This document shows positions 27,151-40,792 of a stretch of DNA of 64,000 bases, in pieces; within the stretch, counting starts at the first letter, position 1, and the number at the start of each line of letters is the position of its first letter. This DNA is from Chiloscyllium plagiosum. Its lineage: Eukaryota. The notes below the pieces were generated by a model. It saw only the letters and a list, made by a program, of their open reading frames with translations, had not been told where the DNA came from and did not search any database. Made by a program: the position numbers and the translations under genes. The DNA is taken from contig NC_057718.1 of assembly GCF_004010195.1 (NCBI RefSeq), positions 33,062,229 through 33,126,228 on the forward strand, read 5' to 3'.

Positions 27151-28829
27151 TATACTCATCCAGGTGCCTTTTAATTGTTGCAATTGTACCAGCCTCCACC
27201 ACTTCCTCTGGCAGCTCATTCCATACACATTCCACCCTCTGCGTGAAAAAATTGTCCCTAAGGTCTCTTTTATATCTTTCCCCTTTCACCTTAAACCTAT
27301 GCCCTCTAGTTCTGGACTCCCCATCCCAGGGAAAAGACTTTGTCTATTTATCCTATCCATGACCCTCATGATTTTATAAACTTCTACATAAAGGTCACCC
27401 CTCAGCCTCTGACAATCCAAGGAAAACAGCCCCAGCCTATTCAACCTTCCCCTATAGCTCAAATCCTCCAAACCTGGCAACATCCTTGTAAATATTTTCT
27501 GAACTCTGTAAGTTTCACAACATCTTTCCAATAAGAAGAAGACCAGAATTGCACGCAATATTCCAACAGTGGCCTAACCAATGTCCTGAACAGCCACAAC
27601 ATGACCTCCCAACTCCTGTACTCAATACTCTGACCAATAAAGGAAAGCATATCAAACACCTTCTTCACTATCCTATCTACCTGCAACTCCACTTTTAAGG
27701 AGCTATGAACCTGCACTCCAAGGTCTCTTTATTCAGCAACACTACCTAGGGTCTTATCATTAAGTGTATAAGTCCTGCTAAGATTTGCTTTCCGAAAATG
27801 CAGCACCTGACATTTATCTAAATTATACTGCCACAACTCAACCCATTGGCCCATCTGATCAAGATCTTGTTGTAATCTGAGGTAAGCTTCTTCGCTGTCC
27901 ACGACACCTCCAATTTTGGTGTCACCTGCAAACTTACTAACTATACCTTTTATGCTCACATCCAATCTCACTGAAGTCCAAATAGATCACATCTACCGCT
28001 CTGCCCGCATCAATCCTCTTTGTTACTTCTTAAAAAAACTCAATCAAGTTTGTGAGACATGATTTCCTGTGTGTAAATCCATGTTGACTATCCCTAATCA
28101 GTCCTTGCCTTTCCAAATACATGCATATCCTGTCCCTCAGGATTCCCTCCAGCAACTGGCCCACCACCGATGTCAAGCTTACTGGTCTATAGTTCCCTGG
28201 CTTGTCCTTACCACCCTTCTTAAACAGTGGCACCGCATTAGCCAACCTCCAGTCTTCTGGCACTTGACCTGTGACTATCGATGATACAGATATCTCAGTA
28301 AGAGGCCCAGCAATCACTTCCTTAGTTCCCACAGAGTTCGAGGGTACACCTGATCAGGTCCTGGGAATTTATCCACCTTTACCCGTTTCAAGACATCCAG
28401 CACTTCCTCCTCTGTAATATGGATGTTTTGCAAGATGTCACCATATATTTCCCTACATTCCATATCTTCCAACTCCTTTTCCACAGTAAATATCGATGCA
28501 AAATACTCATTTAGTGTCGCTCTCATCTCCTGCAGCTCCACACAAAGGCCACCTTGCTGATCTTTGAGGGGCCCTATTGTTTCCCTAGATAATCTTTTGT
28601 CCTTAATGCATTTGTAAAAACTCTATTTGCCAAAGCTATCTCATGTCCCCTTTTTGCCCTCCTGATTTCCCTCTTAAGTATACTCCTACTGCCTTTATAC
28701 TCTTCTAAGGATTCACTTGATCTATCCTGTCTATAGGAGAAAGTGAGGACTGTAGATGCTGGAGATCAGAGCTGAAAAATGTTTTGCTGGAAAAGCACAG
28801 CAGGTCAGACAGCATCCCAGGAGCAGGAG

Positions 28830-28865
28830 AATCGACGTTTCGGGCATAAGCCCTTCTTCAGGAAT
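28830..28865 (-). ncRNA. Minimal hammerhead ribozyme motif, intact core (family C)
   Basis: Reverse strand: TC-CTGAAGA-A-GGGC-TTAT-GCCC-GAAA-C-GTC-GA. Confidence 0.8.
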
Positions 28866-30156
28866 GAGGAGGGTGTGCCAAGCAGGCTAAGATAAAAGGT
28901 AGGGAGGAGGGATTTGGGGGAGGGGCGTTGGAATGCGATAGGTGGAAGGAGNNNNNNNNNNNNNNNNNNNNNNNNNNNNNNNNNNNNNNNNNNNNNNNNN
29001 NNNNNNNNNNNNNNNNNNNNNNNNNNNNNNNNNNNNNNNNNNNNNNNNNNNNNNNNNNNNNNNNNNNNNNNNNNNNNNNNNNNNNNNNNNNNNNNNNNNN
29101 NNNNNNNNNNNNNNNNNNNNNNNNNNNNNNNNNNNNNNNNNNNNNNNNNNNNNNNNNNNNNNNNNNNNNNNNNNNNNNNNNNNNNNNNNNNNNNNNNNNN
29201 NNNNNNNNNNGTGCCGGGAGTGGAGGTTGGGTTGGTGGGGGGTGTGGACCTGGGAGGGAGTCGCGGAGGGAGTGGTCTTTCCGGAACACTTATAGGGGAG
29301 GGGAGGGAAATATATCCTTGGTGGTGGGGTCTGTTTGGAGGTTGCGGAAATGACGAAGGATGATACGATGTATTTGGAGGTTGGTGGGGTGGTAGGTGAG
29401 CACCGGTGGGGTTCTGTCCTGGTGGTGATTGGAGGGGCGGGGTTCAAGGGCGGAGGAGCGGGAAGTGGAGGAGATGCGGTAGACAGCATCGTCAACCACG
29501 TCTGAGGGGAAATTGCGGTCTTTGAAGAAGTTTGGCGCACCAATCTTTACACTGCTGAGGCTAAACGCCAGCTCGCAGACACCTCCTCCTACTGACCATG
29601 ACCCCACCTCCCACCAGCAAACCATCATCTCCCAGACCATCCATAACCTCATCACCTCAGGGGATCTCCCATCCACCGCCTCCAACCTCATCGTCCCACA
29701 ACCCCGCACCGCCCATTTCTACCTCCTGTCCAAAATCTACAAACCTGACTGCCCCGGCTGACCCATTGTCTCAGCCTGCTCCTGCCCCACCGAACTCATC
29801 TCTACACACCTCGACATGGTCCTGTCCCCCTTAGTCCAAGAACTCCTCACCTATGTTCGGGACACCACCCCTGCCCTCCACCTCCTCCATGATGTTTGCT
29901 TCCCCGGCCCCCAACGCCATGGAAATCCAGTCTTTATACACCTCCATCCCCCATCACGAAGGCCTCAAAGCCCTCCGCTTCTTCCTTTCCCGCCGAACCA
30001 ACCAGTACCCTTCCACTGACACCCTCCTTCGACTGACTGAACTGGTCCTCACTCTGAACAACTTCTCTTTCCAATCCTCCCACTTTGTCCAAACCAAAGG
30101 ACTAGCCATGGGCACCCGCATGGGCCCCAGCTATGCCTGCCTCTTCGTCGGATATG

Positions 30157-30364
30157 AAAATGTGTTGCTGGAAAAGCGCAGCAAAAGGTCAGGCAGCATC
30201 CAACGAGCAAGAGAATCGACATTTCGGGCATAAGCCCTTCCTGAAGAAGAGCTCATACCCGAAACGTCGATTCTCCTGCTCGTTGGATGTTGTCTGACCT
30301 GCTGCGCTTTTCCAGAAACACATTTTCAGCTCTGATCTCCAGCATCTGCAGTTCTCACTTTCTC
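30157..30364. mobile_element. Head-to-head family C mini-insert nested in the Penelope RT
   Basis: CCTCTTCGTCGGATATG duplicated at 30140-30156 and 30364-30380; the two arms meet at the hammerhead (30240). Confidence 0.85.
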
Positions 30365-31952
30365 CTCTTCGTCGGATATGTGGAACAGTCCATCTTCTGC
30401 AGCTACATTGGCACCACCCCCCACCTCTTCCTCCGCAACATCGATGACTGTATCGGCGCTACCCCGTGCTCCCATGAGTAGGTTGAATAGTTCATCCACT
30501 TTACTAACACCTTCCACCCGACCTCAAATTTACCTGGACCATCTCAGACTCTTCCCTCCCCTTTCTAGACCTCTCCATTTCTATCTTGGGCAACCGACTC
30601 AACACGGACATTTCCTAAAAACCAACCGACTCCCACAGCTATCAAGATTACACCTCCTCCCATCCCCCCCTGTAAAAATGCCATCCCATATTCCCAATTC
30701 CTTCGCCTCCGCCGCATCTGCTCCCAGGAGGACGAATTCCAATACCGAACAACTCAGATGGCTTCCTTCTTCAAAGACCGCAATTTCCCCTCAGACGTGG
30801 TTGACGATGCTCTCCACCGCATCTCCTCCACTTCCCGCTCCTCCGCCCTTGAACCCCGCCCCTCCAATCACCAGCAGGACAGAACCCCACTGGTCCTCAC
30901 CTACCACCCCACCAACCTCCAGATACATCGTATTATNNNNNNNNNNNNNNNNNNNNNNNNNNNNNNNNNNNNNNNNNNNNNNNNNNNNNNNNNNNNNNNN
31001 NNNNNNNNNNNNNNNNNNNNNNNNNNNNNNNNNNNNNNNNNNNNNNNNNNNNNNNNNNNNNNNNNNNNNNNNNNNNNNNNNNNNNNNNNNNNNNNNNNNN
31101 NNNNNNNNNNNNNNNNNNNNNNNNNNNNNNNNNNNNNNNNNNNNNNNNNNNNNNNNNNNNNNNNNNNNNNNNNNNNNNNNNNNNNNNNNNNNNNNNNNNN
31201 NNNNNNNNNNNNNNNNNNNNNNNNNNNNNNNNNNNNNNNNNNNNNNNNNNNNNNNNNNNNNNNNNNNNNNNNNNNNNNNNNNNNNNNNNNNNNNNNNNNN
31301 NNNNNACCCTCGGACTCAGCATCGCCTTCTTGACCTGCAATCTTCTTCCTGACCTCTCCGCCCCCACCCCCTCTCCGGCCTATCACCCTCACCTTAACCT
31401 CCTTCCACCTATCGCATTCCCAACGCCCCTCCCACAAGTCCCTCCTCCCTACCTTCTGTCTTAGCCTGCTTGACACACCCTCCACATTCCTGAAGAAGGA
31501 CTTATCCCCGAAACGTCGATTCTCCTGCTCCTGGGATGCTGCCTGACCTGCTGTACTTTTCCAGCAACACATTTTTCAGTTCGATCCTGTCTATACCTGA
31601 CATCTGCTTCCTTCTTTTTCTTAACCCAAACCTCAATTTCTCTGGTCATGCAGCATTCCCTATACCTACCAGCCTTTCCCTTCACCCTGACAGGAATATA
31701 CTTTCTCTGGATTCTTGTTATCGCATTTCTGAAGGCTTCCCATTTTCCAGCCGTCCCTTTACCTGCAAACATATGCCCCCAATCGACTGTTGAATGTTCT
31801 TGCCTAATACCGTCAAAATTGGCCTTCCTCCAATTTAGAACTTCAACTTTTAGATCTGGTCTATCCTTTTCCATCACTATTTTAAATCTAATAGAATTAC
31901 GGTCGCTCACCCACTGACACCTCAGTCACCTGCCCTGCCTTATTTCCCAAGA

Positions 31953-32051
31953 TTCTGGATTAGAGTGTTGTTGGAAATGCACAGCAGTTCAGGCAGCATC
32001 CGAGGAGCAGTAAAAGCGACGTTTCGGGCAAAAGCCCTTCATCAGGAATAC
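31953..32051 (-). mobile_element. Family A mini-insert in the CR1 endonuclease region, intact hammerhead core
   Basis: TTCCCAAGA at 31944-31952 and 32052-32060; reverse strand CTGATGA-A-GGGC-TTTT-GCCC-GAAA-CGTC. Confidence 0.85.
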
Positions 32052-35000
32052 TTCCCAAGAGTAGGTCAAGTTTTGCATTTTCTGTAGTAGGTACATCCAC
32101 ATACTGAATCAGAAAATTTTCTTGTAAGTACTTAACAAATTCCTCGCCATCTAAACCCTTAACACCATGGCAGTTCCAGTCTATGTTTGGCAAGTTAAAA
32201 TCCCCTACCATACCCACACTATTATTCTTACAAATAACGGAGATCTCCTTCCAAGTTTGTTTCTCAATTTCCCTCTGACTATTGGGGGGGTCTATAATAC
32301 AATTCCAATAAGGTGATCATCTCTTTCTTATTTCTCAGTTCCACCCAAATAACTTCCCTGGATGTATTTCCAGGAATATCCTCTCTTAGCACAGCTGTAA
32401 TGCTATCCCTTATCAAAAACGCCACTCCCCTTCCTCTCTTGCCTCCCTTTCTGTCCTTCCTGTAGCATTTGTATCCTGGAATATTAAGCTGCCAGTCCTG
32501 TCCATCCCTGAGCCATGTTTCTGTAATTGCTATGATATCCCAGTCCCATGTTCCTAACCATGCCCTGAGTTCATCTGCCTTCCCTGTTAGGCCTCTTGCA
32601 TTGAAATAAATGCAGTTGAATATATCAGTCCTACCTTGTTCTCTGCTTTGTCCCTGCCTGGCCTGACTGTTTGATTCGCCTTTGCTCTCAACTGTACCAG
32701 TCTCAGATTGATCTCTTTCCTCACTATCTCCCTGGTCCCACACCACTCCCCCCCATCCTTACTAGTTTGTATCCTCCTGTGCAGCTCTAGCAAATGTCCG
32801 TGCCAGTATATTAGTTCCCTTCCAATTTAGGTGCAATCTGTCCTTCTTGGACAGGTGACATCTACCCCAAAAGAGCTTCCAATGATCCAAAATATGAATC
32901 CTTCTCTGATACACCAGCTCCTCAGCCATGCATTCATCTGCTCTATCCTCCTATTCCTGCCCTCACTAGCTCGTAGCACCGGGAGTAACCCAAATGTTTC
33001 TACTCTCGAGGACCTCCTTTTTAAATTCCTGCCTGACTCTGTAATCTTCCTTTAGAATCTCAACCTTTTCCCTTCCTATGGCATTGGTTCCAATGTTTAC
33101 AATGACCTCCTGCTGGCCCCTTGCCACCTTGAGAACAATCTGTACCCTCTCTGAGACATCCTTGATCCTGGCATCAGGGAAGCAACACACCATTCTGCTT
33201 TTTCGCTGCTGGCCACAGAAATGTCTGTCTGTACCTCAGACAAGGGAGTTCCCTGACACAATCGACCTCTTGCAATCCAACATACCTCTCATTACATTAG
33301 AGCCAGTCTCAATACCAGAAACTTGGCTGTTCGTGCTACATCCTCCTGAGAATCCATCAACCCCTACATTTTCCAAAACAGCATACTTGCTTGAAATGGG
33401 GATAGCCACAGAAGACTCCTGCACTACCTGCCTACATCTCTTATCTTTCCTGGAGTTAACCCATCTATGTGACTGTATCTAAGACTGTATTCGCAACCAA
33501 CAGCATTTGTGGCAGATATAATCCTCAGTAAACCGTAAACTGTCCCTGAACTCCCACATCTGACAAGAAGAGCATATAACTCTACTAAAGGCCATTTTTG
33601 CTTCTTTCAATCAACAGACCCAGAAAATAGCGCTGACTTATTCCTCTACAAAACACTGCTCCAGGTTAAATTAGTACTTATGGCTTATATTTTATGTTTA
33701 ATCAAAAAACATAGCTCAGTAAAATGTATAATCAAGAAAGAACCCACTCTACTCACTACTGCAGACGTATTGCAAGGCCACGGTTAATATCCACTTATCT
33801 GTTTCTGTGCTGTGACCTCTCCCAAACAGGTTCCTCCGAGATCACTTGTGAATTTCACCGCCTTTTAATTTTCCCAGATGCACACCAATGTCCAGCAATA
33901 CATGAATTCAACAGCAATGGCAGTAACTGCTAACTCTGTCAGTCAGCAATGTGGGTTTCTTTCTCTCTCTCTCTCTTATGCACTGACCTCACCATGTGCT
34001 TCCTTTGTCTGTTCCTCTTCCTTTTAAAAGCTGTTGTTTAGTTGCATCAATCAGAGGTAAATATATAGTAATAGGGTAAGGAAATGGGTCTGGGTGGGTT
34101 GCTCATTGGAAGGTCACTGTAGACTTGTTGGCCCAAAGGGCCTGTTTCCACACTGTAGGGATTCTATGAATATTGTGCAGTAAAAGTTGAATTTGACCAA
34201 TTCTGTCATTGTAAATTAGTCACCTTAATGATACTATGTGGTATGTTTAATATTACAAGACCTGATTATTTTAAAGTTGCATATTCTTTAATCAGTGTGC
34301 GTGTGAGAGAGAGTTAGGGATTGCTTTGTAACTATCTGAGTATAGTGATGTTATTAACTTCCATGAGAATCTTGCGAGCTGATTTGTTCCACTTTCTTGA
34401 CTGAAAAGGTCAATGGAAAGATATGTGAGCATGGAATGGACTATGTTAAGAATGACAGGAAATCACATGCACAGTGCCAATAAGAGAATGATGAATCAGA
34501 ATAAACATAAATGACAATGGTGAATGGGACTTATTGGAAGTAATTAAATAAAAGTGAAAAACATGCTAATTGAGGTCTAAGGGCTAAAATCCCTTAAGAC
34601 TTCAGCACAATTACAAAACAGCACAGGAATGTGAATCTGGACCTTGAAGCTTGCCCACCAAGTTATTAAAAATGGAGATAATTACTTTACCAGAGATCTT
34701 GTTTAATCCCAAGTACGGCCAAGAATTTCAAAAAGGTTTTAAAATGTTTAGACGGTATTGTAATGCTAACTAGAAGAAAAGGAGCAATGTTAGTCAGGAA
34801 TAAACTACTCTCAAAGTTGATATAACCTGAGAAGAAAAACATTCAGTGGCAATTTAGCTGTAAAACTATGATAACGAGAGTGAAAGTTTCTTTTAGGAAG
34901 CTGCTTTTGAAAAACAGGGCAAGGTGATTGTTATTCACATCTCACAAACAAATAAAACGCTGACGAGGTTGCACTTGTCATCCCTGGTAGAGGTGGTGTT

Positions 35001-36529
35001 AAAGCAAGCTTAATGAGTTGTTGCAGTGCTTTCTGGAGATGGAACATGCTGCAGAGATGTTAAATATTGAGTTCATGAGGGAAATCAATCACCCAAACTC
35101 CTGTCATGGACAAAGTTATTGTTTTTGAGCATCAGTGTGGCTGCGCTCATCCCTGCAAGTAATGATTCCATTTGATGCTCATAATCTCTTCCTTCTTCTA
35201 CATCCCATTTTCTAAGTGCTGGGATGATGCTCCAAGCAAAGGTTGGGAGGCTGGAAACTAGTGTACCTGGACCTTAGCCCAATTTCAGCAATTTCTAACT
35301 CAGTCAAGCACTTAGATGCGAGAGACACATCTGTAAACAGAACTTAGACTTTCTAACCTGCACTGTAGTGTAGTGAGGGCCTCTGGCAGATCTGTCTGAT
35401 GTTCTGTTGCCTGTCTCTACATCTCCAACATGTCTTTTATTGCCAAGTTCAGAGGTATGTCACCTGTACAAGGCTGAGCAGGAATCTGGTCTATACCAGA
35501 TCTCGGTGTCAAAGATCTCAGATGATACTTCATCTGCAAGTTACAGATTTGTATCCCTGATGAACTCATTAGGGTGTGACTGATCCTACTTGAGGTAATA
35601 ACTGCACAGAGGTGAATGTTTCAGTGTTAGCAGACCCATGTTGGTGAACCCTCTGTAGTTGCAGAGACATCAGTCTCAGTGAGGGAGGTGCTGAAGCTGG
35701 ACGTTGTTGCCTCTTCATTTTGTTCTTTTGCCTGCCAGTACATAGAGTGGAGAAGAGAAAGAGTTAGCTGTTACAGATGCACATACCCATACCTAAATAA
35801 TCTCTCACAGGTTGCACTTCTGACGGCAGCAGATTCCAGGCATCCTCACTGATTTTCTGTGAAAGTACTATTCCTTGTCTGTGCTGCGATAGTCGTGGCC
35901 TTTTGATCCGAAAACAGATTACTGGATTCAAAACTCTCCCTTCTCTCCACAGATGATGCCAGACCTGCTGAGTTTCTCCAGCAACTTCTGATTTTGATTC
36001 AGATTTCATTGCCTTACTTTGGTCGTGGTCCTCCCTGGCAGCTCTGTGGCCTCTTCTTCAAAAAGAGAGTTTTCAAAGCCAGCAGCCCTCCACTTGGCAT
36101 GCTTATATGAAACTGTACTCACGTAGAAAACCTATGTGCATACATAATAAGCTGAGAACTGCATGATTACAGAAGAAAATCCGACCTGACTCCTTGAGTG
36201 GAAGTGGCAACCATCTTCAGACTTAGATTACACAATGGAAGATTCCATCCGTTGTGTCCAATTTTGCCTCATAACACACTTTTCTACAATAGTAGTGCAG
36301 CATAAATGAAGTTGTTCTGCCAATGACATTGGTCAGCGATAATTCACAGGAGGTTTATTTGGCCTTGGTAGATTGATAACTTTTGGCTTCATGGTGTCAT
36401 TCCCATAGGATCTCCCAGCCAAAGCATCTTACAATAGTATAAGTCAGTGGCTCTGCATGTTAATGAGAAATAACCCTTGTAACTTGTAACCTTTCCAATT
36501 CTTTCCTAAAACGTAATGCTTTTGTTGTT

Positions 36530-37370
36530 CGTTCATGAAGTGTGGCTGTTACTGGTGAGGCCAGTCTTTAATGCCAATCCCAGACTACACTGGAGAAAAT
36601 GGTGGTGAGCTGCCTTCTTGAGCTGCTGCATTCCTTGTGCCTTAGTGCCACCCACAATACTGTGAAGAAGGAAGTTCCAGCATTTTGACCCAAGGAGACT
36701 CTGGTAAGAAACAGCGATATAGTTCCAAGTCACGATGCTGTGTGACTTGAAGGGGAGCTTGCAGGGGTGATGTTCTCCCGTCTCTGCTACCCTTGTCCTT
36801 CTCATTGGTAGATGTCATGGGGTAGGAAGGTACTATCAGAGGAATACTAATGAGTCACTGTGGTGCATTTTGGTAACAATACCCACTGCTGCTACTGTGC
36901 ATTAGTGGTGAAGGGAATAAATGTTGAAGGTGGGAGATAAGGTGTCTCCTTAGGTGCTTTATCCTGGATGGTGCTGTGCCTCTCAAGTGTTGGTGGAGCT
37001 GTACCCATCCAGGAAAGTGAAGAGTATTTCATCACATTCCTGACTTGTGCCCTGTACACAATAAATAGGCATTGGGAAAAAAAGGTGAGTGAGCTCCTTG
37101 CTGCAGACTTTGTAGCCTCTGACCTGCTCTTAACGTCACAATACTTGTATGGCAGGTGCAGTTCAGTTTCTGGTCAATGTTAGGCCAACCACCCCACCCC
37201 CCCCATCCTCCCCCAATCCCCCATTCCCACCCCCCAACCCCAGGATGTAGAAACTGTGGGAATTCAGTGATGGTGTTGCCATTGAATATCAGGGGGGGAT
37301 GGTTGGATTATCTTTCATTGCAGATGGTTATTGCTTTGTACTTGTGTGTCATGAATGTTACTTGCCAGTC
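36530..37370 (-). mobile_element. L2/Crack-like LINE 3' fragment
   Basis: Reverse-strand ORF KSHSIVTWNYIAV...GSKCWNFL...LKKAAHHHFLQ; homologous to 5535-6165 and 61830-62450. Confidence 0.7.
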
Positions 37371-37877
37371 TTGACTACAGACTGTTGCCATTAGAGCCGT
37401 CCTATCTGTCAGACACAATATACCCAGAGACAGGGATGGTGATGTCAAGTTCATTTCAAGGTGTTATTCCATGAGTGTACTTAGTTTATAAATATAAAAA
37501 AAAATGCTCTATTGATTTGATGTCAACAGTGTCTCTTAAATAACAATTGTTGTGTGAGTAGATGATCTTTTGTTGTTAGTATTGGCCAAGTGAGAAATGT
37601 AAACTAGAACGGGAGGGAAATTCACTGCACTTCTTAATGTTCTTCAAATACAACCTCTGGTTATTTTCATCTGATCCATTTGAATAGGCAAATTATGGTT
37701 CAATAACTCATCCAAACCATATTAACATAAAATGGGTGCAACATTCAGTTCCATAGTACAAGCTTAAAGTTTCAATCATGTCAGCCAGACATATTCTGGG
37801 CCATAAATGGTGTTGACTGTAAGGACCCTAACACGGGTTGCCTCTTTAACATAGGAAGCAGACAGAGTGGGCTGACT

Positions 37878-38008
37878 AGGAAAGAGTGAGTACCGCAGAT
37901 GTTGGAAATCAGAGTCAAGCGTGTGGTACTGGAAAAGCACAGCAGGCCAGGCAGCATCTGAGGAGCAGGAGAATCGATGTTTTGAACATAAGCTCTTCAT
38001 CAGGAATG
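37878..38008 (-). mobile_element. Penelope pLTR terminus (family A/C-like)
   Basis: GCAGATGTTGGAAATCAGAG...GGAGCAGGAGAATCGATGTTTTGAACATAAGCTCTTCATCAGGAA. Confidence 0.7.
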
Positions 38009-38616
38009 AGGTTGTCAAATAGCATCAATACAGATGTGGCACATAACCTTCCATTTTGGTTGTTGCTGGCCCTGTTAATGACCTATCTTACACATTTACA
38101 GCTGCGCAGGTTTTCAGATGTACAAGCAGCAGTCCCCTGGCCTATCACCACTAGCTCTGGTTAAAGAGCTCACTATGAGACTGTGAGATAAGATGTCTTT
38201 GACTGTTTTAGATACTGCTGCTGCAGACTGTGTGCTGAGTTACCAGAGATGCTCCCTTTCACAAGGGAGTGGTGCTGAACTTAGACAAACAGTTAACATT
38301 AAAAGAAACCTTTTAATAATGATGAAGACTATAATTACAGGTCTTCCTGGTTAGCAAGGAGACTTGGACATGAAACAGAGGCAGTGGAGAAATTGTACTA
38401 AGGTAGAGAAAGAGGAATGGTAGGAGGAGAAAATATTTGGGAGCTATTCATTCCAGGTGAACTATCTGTGATCAGCTGTTCAGACACAGGTTCCCTTAAG
38501 GTGAAATAAAGGGTACAATCCTGAAGGTGGACAGGAGCAGACAGGTTTCTGTATGTGCACAAATCACTGAAGGTGGCGGGGAAGGCTGTGTGATGGATTA
38601 ATTTGCAGGTGCGCAT

Positions 38617-38941
38617 GGAGCAGCACAGCGGCTTGGTGTTTAACTCTGCTGCCTCACAGCACCTGGGTCCCAGGTTTGATTCCAGTGTTGGGTGACTGTC
38701 TGTGTGGGGTTTGCACATTCTCCCCATGTCTACATGGGTTCCTGCTGAGTGCTCCAGTTTCCTCCCGCAGTTTAAAGATATGAAGGTCAGGTGGATTGGC
38801 CATGCTAAATTGCCTGCAGGGTCTAGGGATGTGTAGGCTAGGTGGACTAGCCTTGGTGAAGATGAGGTTATGAGAATGGGGTGGGTCTGGGTGGGATGCT
38901 GTTTGGAGGGTTAGTATAGTCTCATTCCACTATGATTCTAG
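38617..38941 (+). mobile_element. HE1-type V-SINE (older)
   Basis: GGAGCAGCACAGCGGCTTGGTG head, GGTTTGATTCC B box, V-domain, ATGATTCTA tail. Confidence 0.8.
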
Positions 38942-38974
38942 TAAAGCATACAGCATCCTGGACTTTATCAATAG

Positions 38975-40472
38975 TACAGTCAGGTGACCCACAACCTCCA
39001 AGAATGTTACAGAATATATTGACATATTTTCCGAAGCATGGATAAAAACTCAAAATATGGTGGCCAACATTAAGCTAGCCGGAGTCTGCAATTTGCAAAC
39101 TGCAGTACTGGAACAGAGAGTATTCATGCAGCCAGACCTAAGATAATCAACTTACTGTCGAAACCAGACAGGCCTGGAACTGCCTGGCTATGTACCTCAT
39201 GGCCACACTGTTTCAGAACGATCCGTTGTTTCCACCTCCAGTGAAGCTGCTTTGTTTGAAGAATGTCACGCAGACTTGGTGATACCTCAGTAGGAGGCCA
39301 GAGACACAGTGTGACAAGGACATCACTTAAAGATTCAAAACCATGTTCTGTGACCTCCAAAAATGGAATGTAGTCACTTCCTGACCCCACCTGATGCTAG
39401 TATTGAACATAGGCCAAAAATCTTCAAGACAGGCCACAAAGAGAGGGATAAAAGGGGCAATCCAGAGCCCTAGCTCACTCTGCTTTTGCACCTTCTTCAG
39501 CAGTAACTCCAGAGAGCACTTTCAACCTGCTCAGTGTCTCCAGTGCCAAAAAGTGTGATGCTGAAAAAGAAAAGCAGATCAGGCAGCATGAGAGGAGCAG
39601 GAGAATCAACTTTTCAGGCATAAGCCTTTCATCAGGAACATCCAGCTCTTTGTACCTCATGGTGAGCATTATCAGACTAACCAGACCCAGAGACACCACC
39701 ACGGTGAGACAACCCTAAGGCCAGAACCAGCCCTAAGGGATATGTAAATTTATATGTAAATCAATGACTGCAGATCAGTCAAGCCTCAAACACCAAGAAG
39801 CAGCCTGTCCTAGCCTTGTTGACTGGGCATTACCTGTTCTTTCAGACAAATAGTTCAAATACAGCAGTAGTGAACTTTGGATAGAGTGTTGCATGAACTA
39901 ATTAGTTAGCTGGTATAGATTTTAGCCTATTTACTTGGAGTTTCAAGAATGTTTGCTGAAGAGTTCTGTGAAGACATTAATAGTGTTTGATTACTATTCT
40001 ACTTCATTTAACCTTAGAGTCTGATATATTATTTTACCTTGGGAGGCTGTACTGGGCAGACAGTATTCATGCAGCCAGGTCAGCAACCGTGGTCCTCACT
40101 TCTCAGACCCAATGCTTATTTGTCACAAAGTTTTACGCAGGCCATCTCTTATTTAAATATTTCGTTAGGCTTTCCTCCCAATTCATACTACTGGCCCAAG
40201 CATACACTTTATCTTTCCCTCTCGGGCTCGTGTTTCAAAATCTACTGTTTGTGTATCTCATGATATAAGCACCTGGTTTGGCTCATTTTCTGATCGGTTA
40301 TCTTTCCCTTTTGTTGGAGTCTGATGTACCAAAATACCAGTTATGTTGGATCTTCTCCTGACTCTTATCCTCTTTCTCTATCTCACAGCGTAACGCACCT
40401 GAGTTGAAAAGGATTACTGAAAACTGGTCAAGATTAATCAGAGTACGTTTACCCACCTCTCATTTCACAACA
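38975..40472 (+). repeat. 5' LTR (contains a Penelope insert at ~39547-39638 and an inverted leader copy at 40040-40336)
   Basis: TACAGTCAGGTGAC...TTTACCCACCTCTCATTTCACAACA is colinear with 46846-48337. Confidence 0.8.
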
Positions 40473-40473
40473 T

Positions 40474-40491
40474 TAGAGTCCCTGGGTGTGC
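40474..40491 (+). promoter_or_regulatory. Primer-binding site complementary to the tRNA-Asn 3' end
   Basis: TAGAGTCCCTGGGTGTGC vs TGGCGTCCCTGGGTGGGC (vertebrate tRNA-Asn-GTT + CCA, recalled): 15/18 identity, one base after the LTR end. Confidence 0.75.
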
Positions 40492-40792
40492 CAATAAGAA
40501 GTACCCAAAAACATATTTTGGTACATCAGACTCCAGCAAAAGGGAAAGATAACCGATCAGAAAATGAGCCAAACCAGGTGCTTATATCATGAGATACACA
40601 AACAGTAGATTTTGAAACACGAGCCCGAGAGGGAAAGATAAAGTGTATGCTTGGGCCAGTAGTATGAATTGGGAGGAAAGCCTTAACGAAATATTTAAAT
40701 AAGAGATGGCCTGAGTAAAACTTTGTGACAAATAAGCATTGGGTCTGAGAAGTGAGGACCACAGTTGCTGACCTGGCTGCATGAATACCGTC

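Larger units (their letters stand above)
28736..31583 (+). mobile_element. Penelope-like element (family C) with inverted 5' segment, RT remnant and pLTR; contains two N gaps
   Basis: PLE RT motifs FYLLSKIYK, SLYTSIPH, NNFSF...GLAMGTRMGPSYACLFVG, FLRNIDD; inverted arm 28736-29530; TSD ATCCTGTCTATA at 28724-28735 and 31584-31595. Confidence 0.9.
26948..34038 (-). mobile_element. Near-full-length CR1 LINE (HER1-like) interrupted by three Penelope inserts
   Basis: ORF1 esterase (32966-33193), endonuclease (32279-32746, 31960-32217), RT pieces (28030-28332, 27286-27971); 5' UTR homologous to 15200-15640. Confidence 0.93.

Noticed and set aside
28858..31572. Long ORFs containing X runs
   Set aside because: They are open only because they read through assembly gaps.
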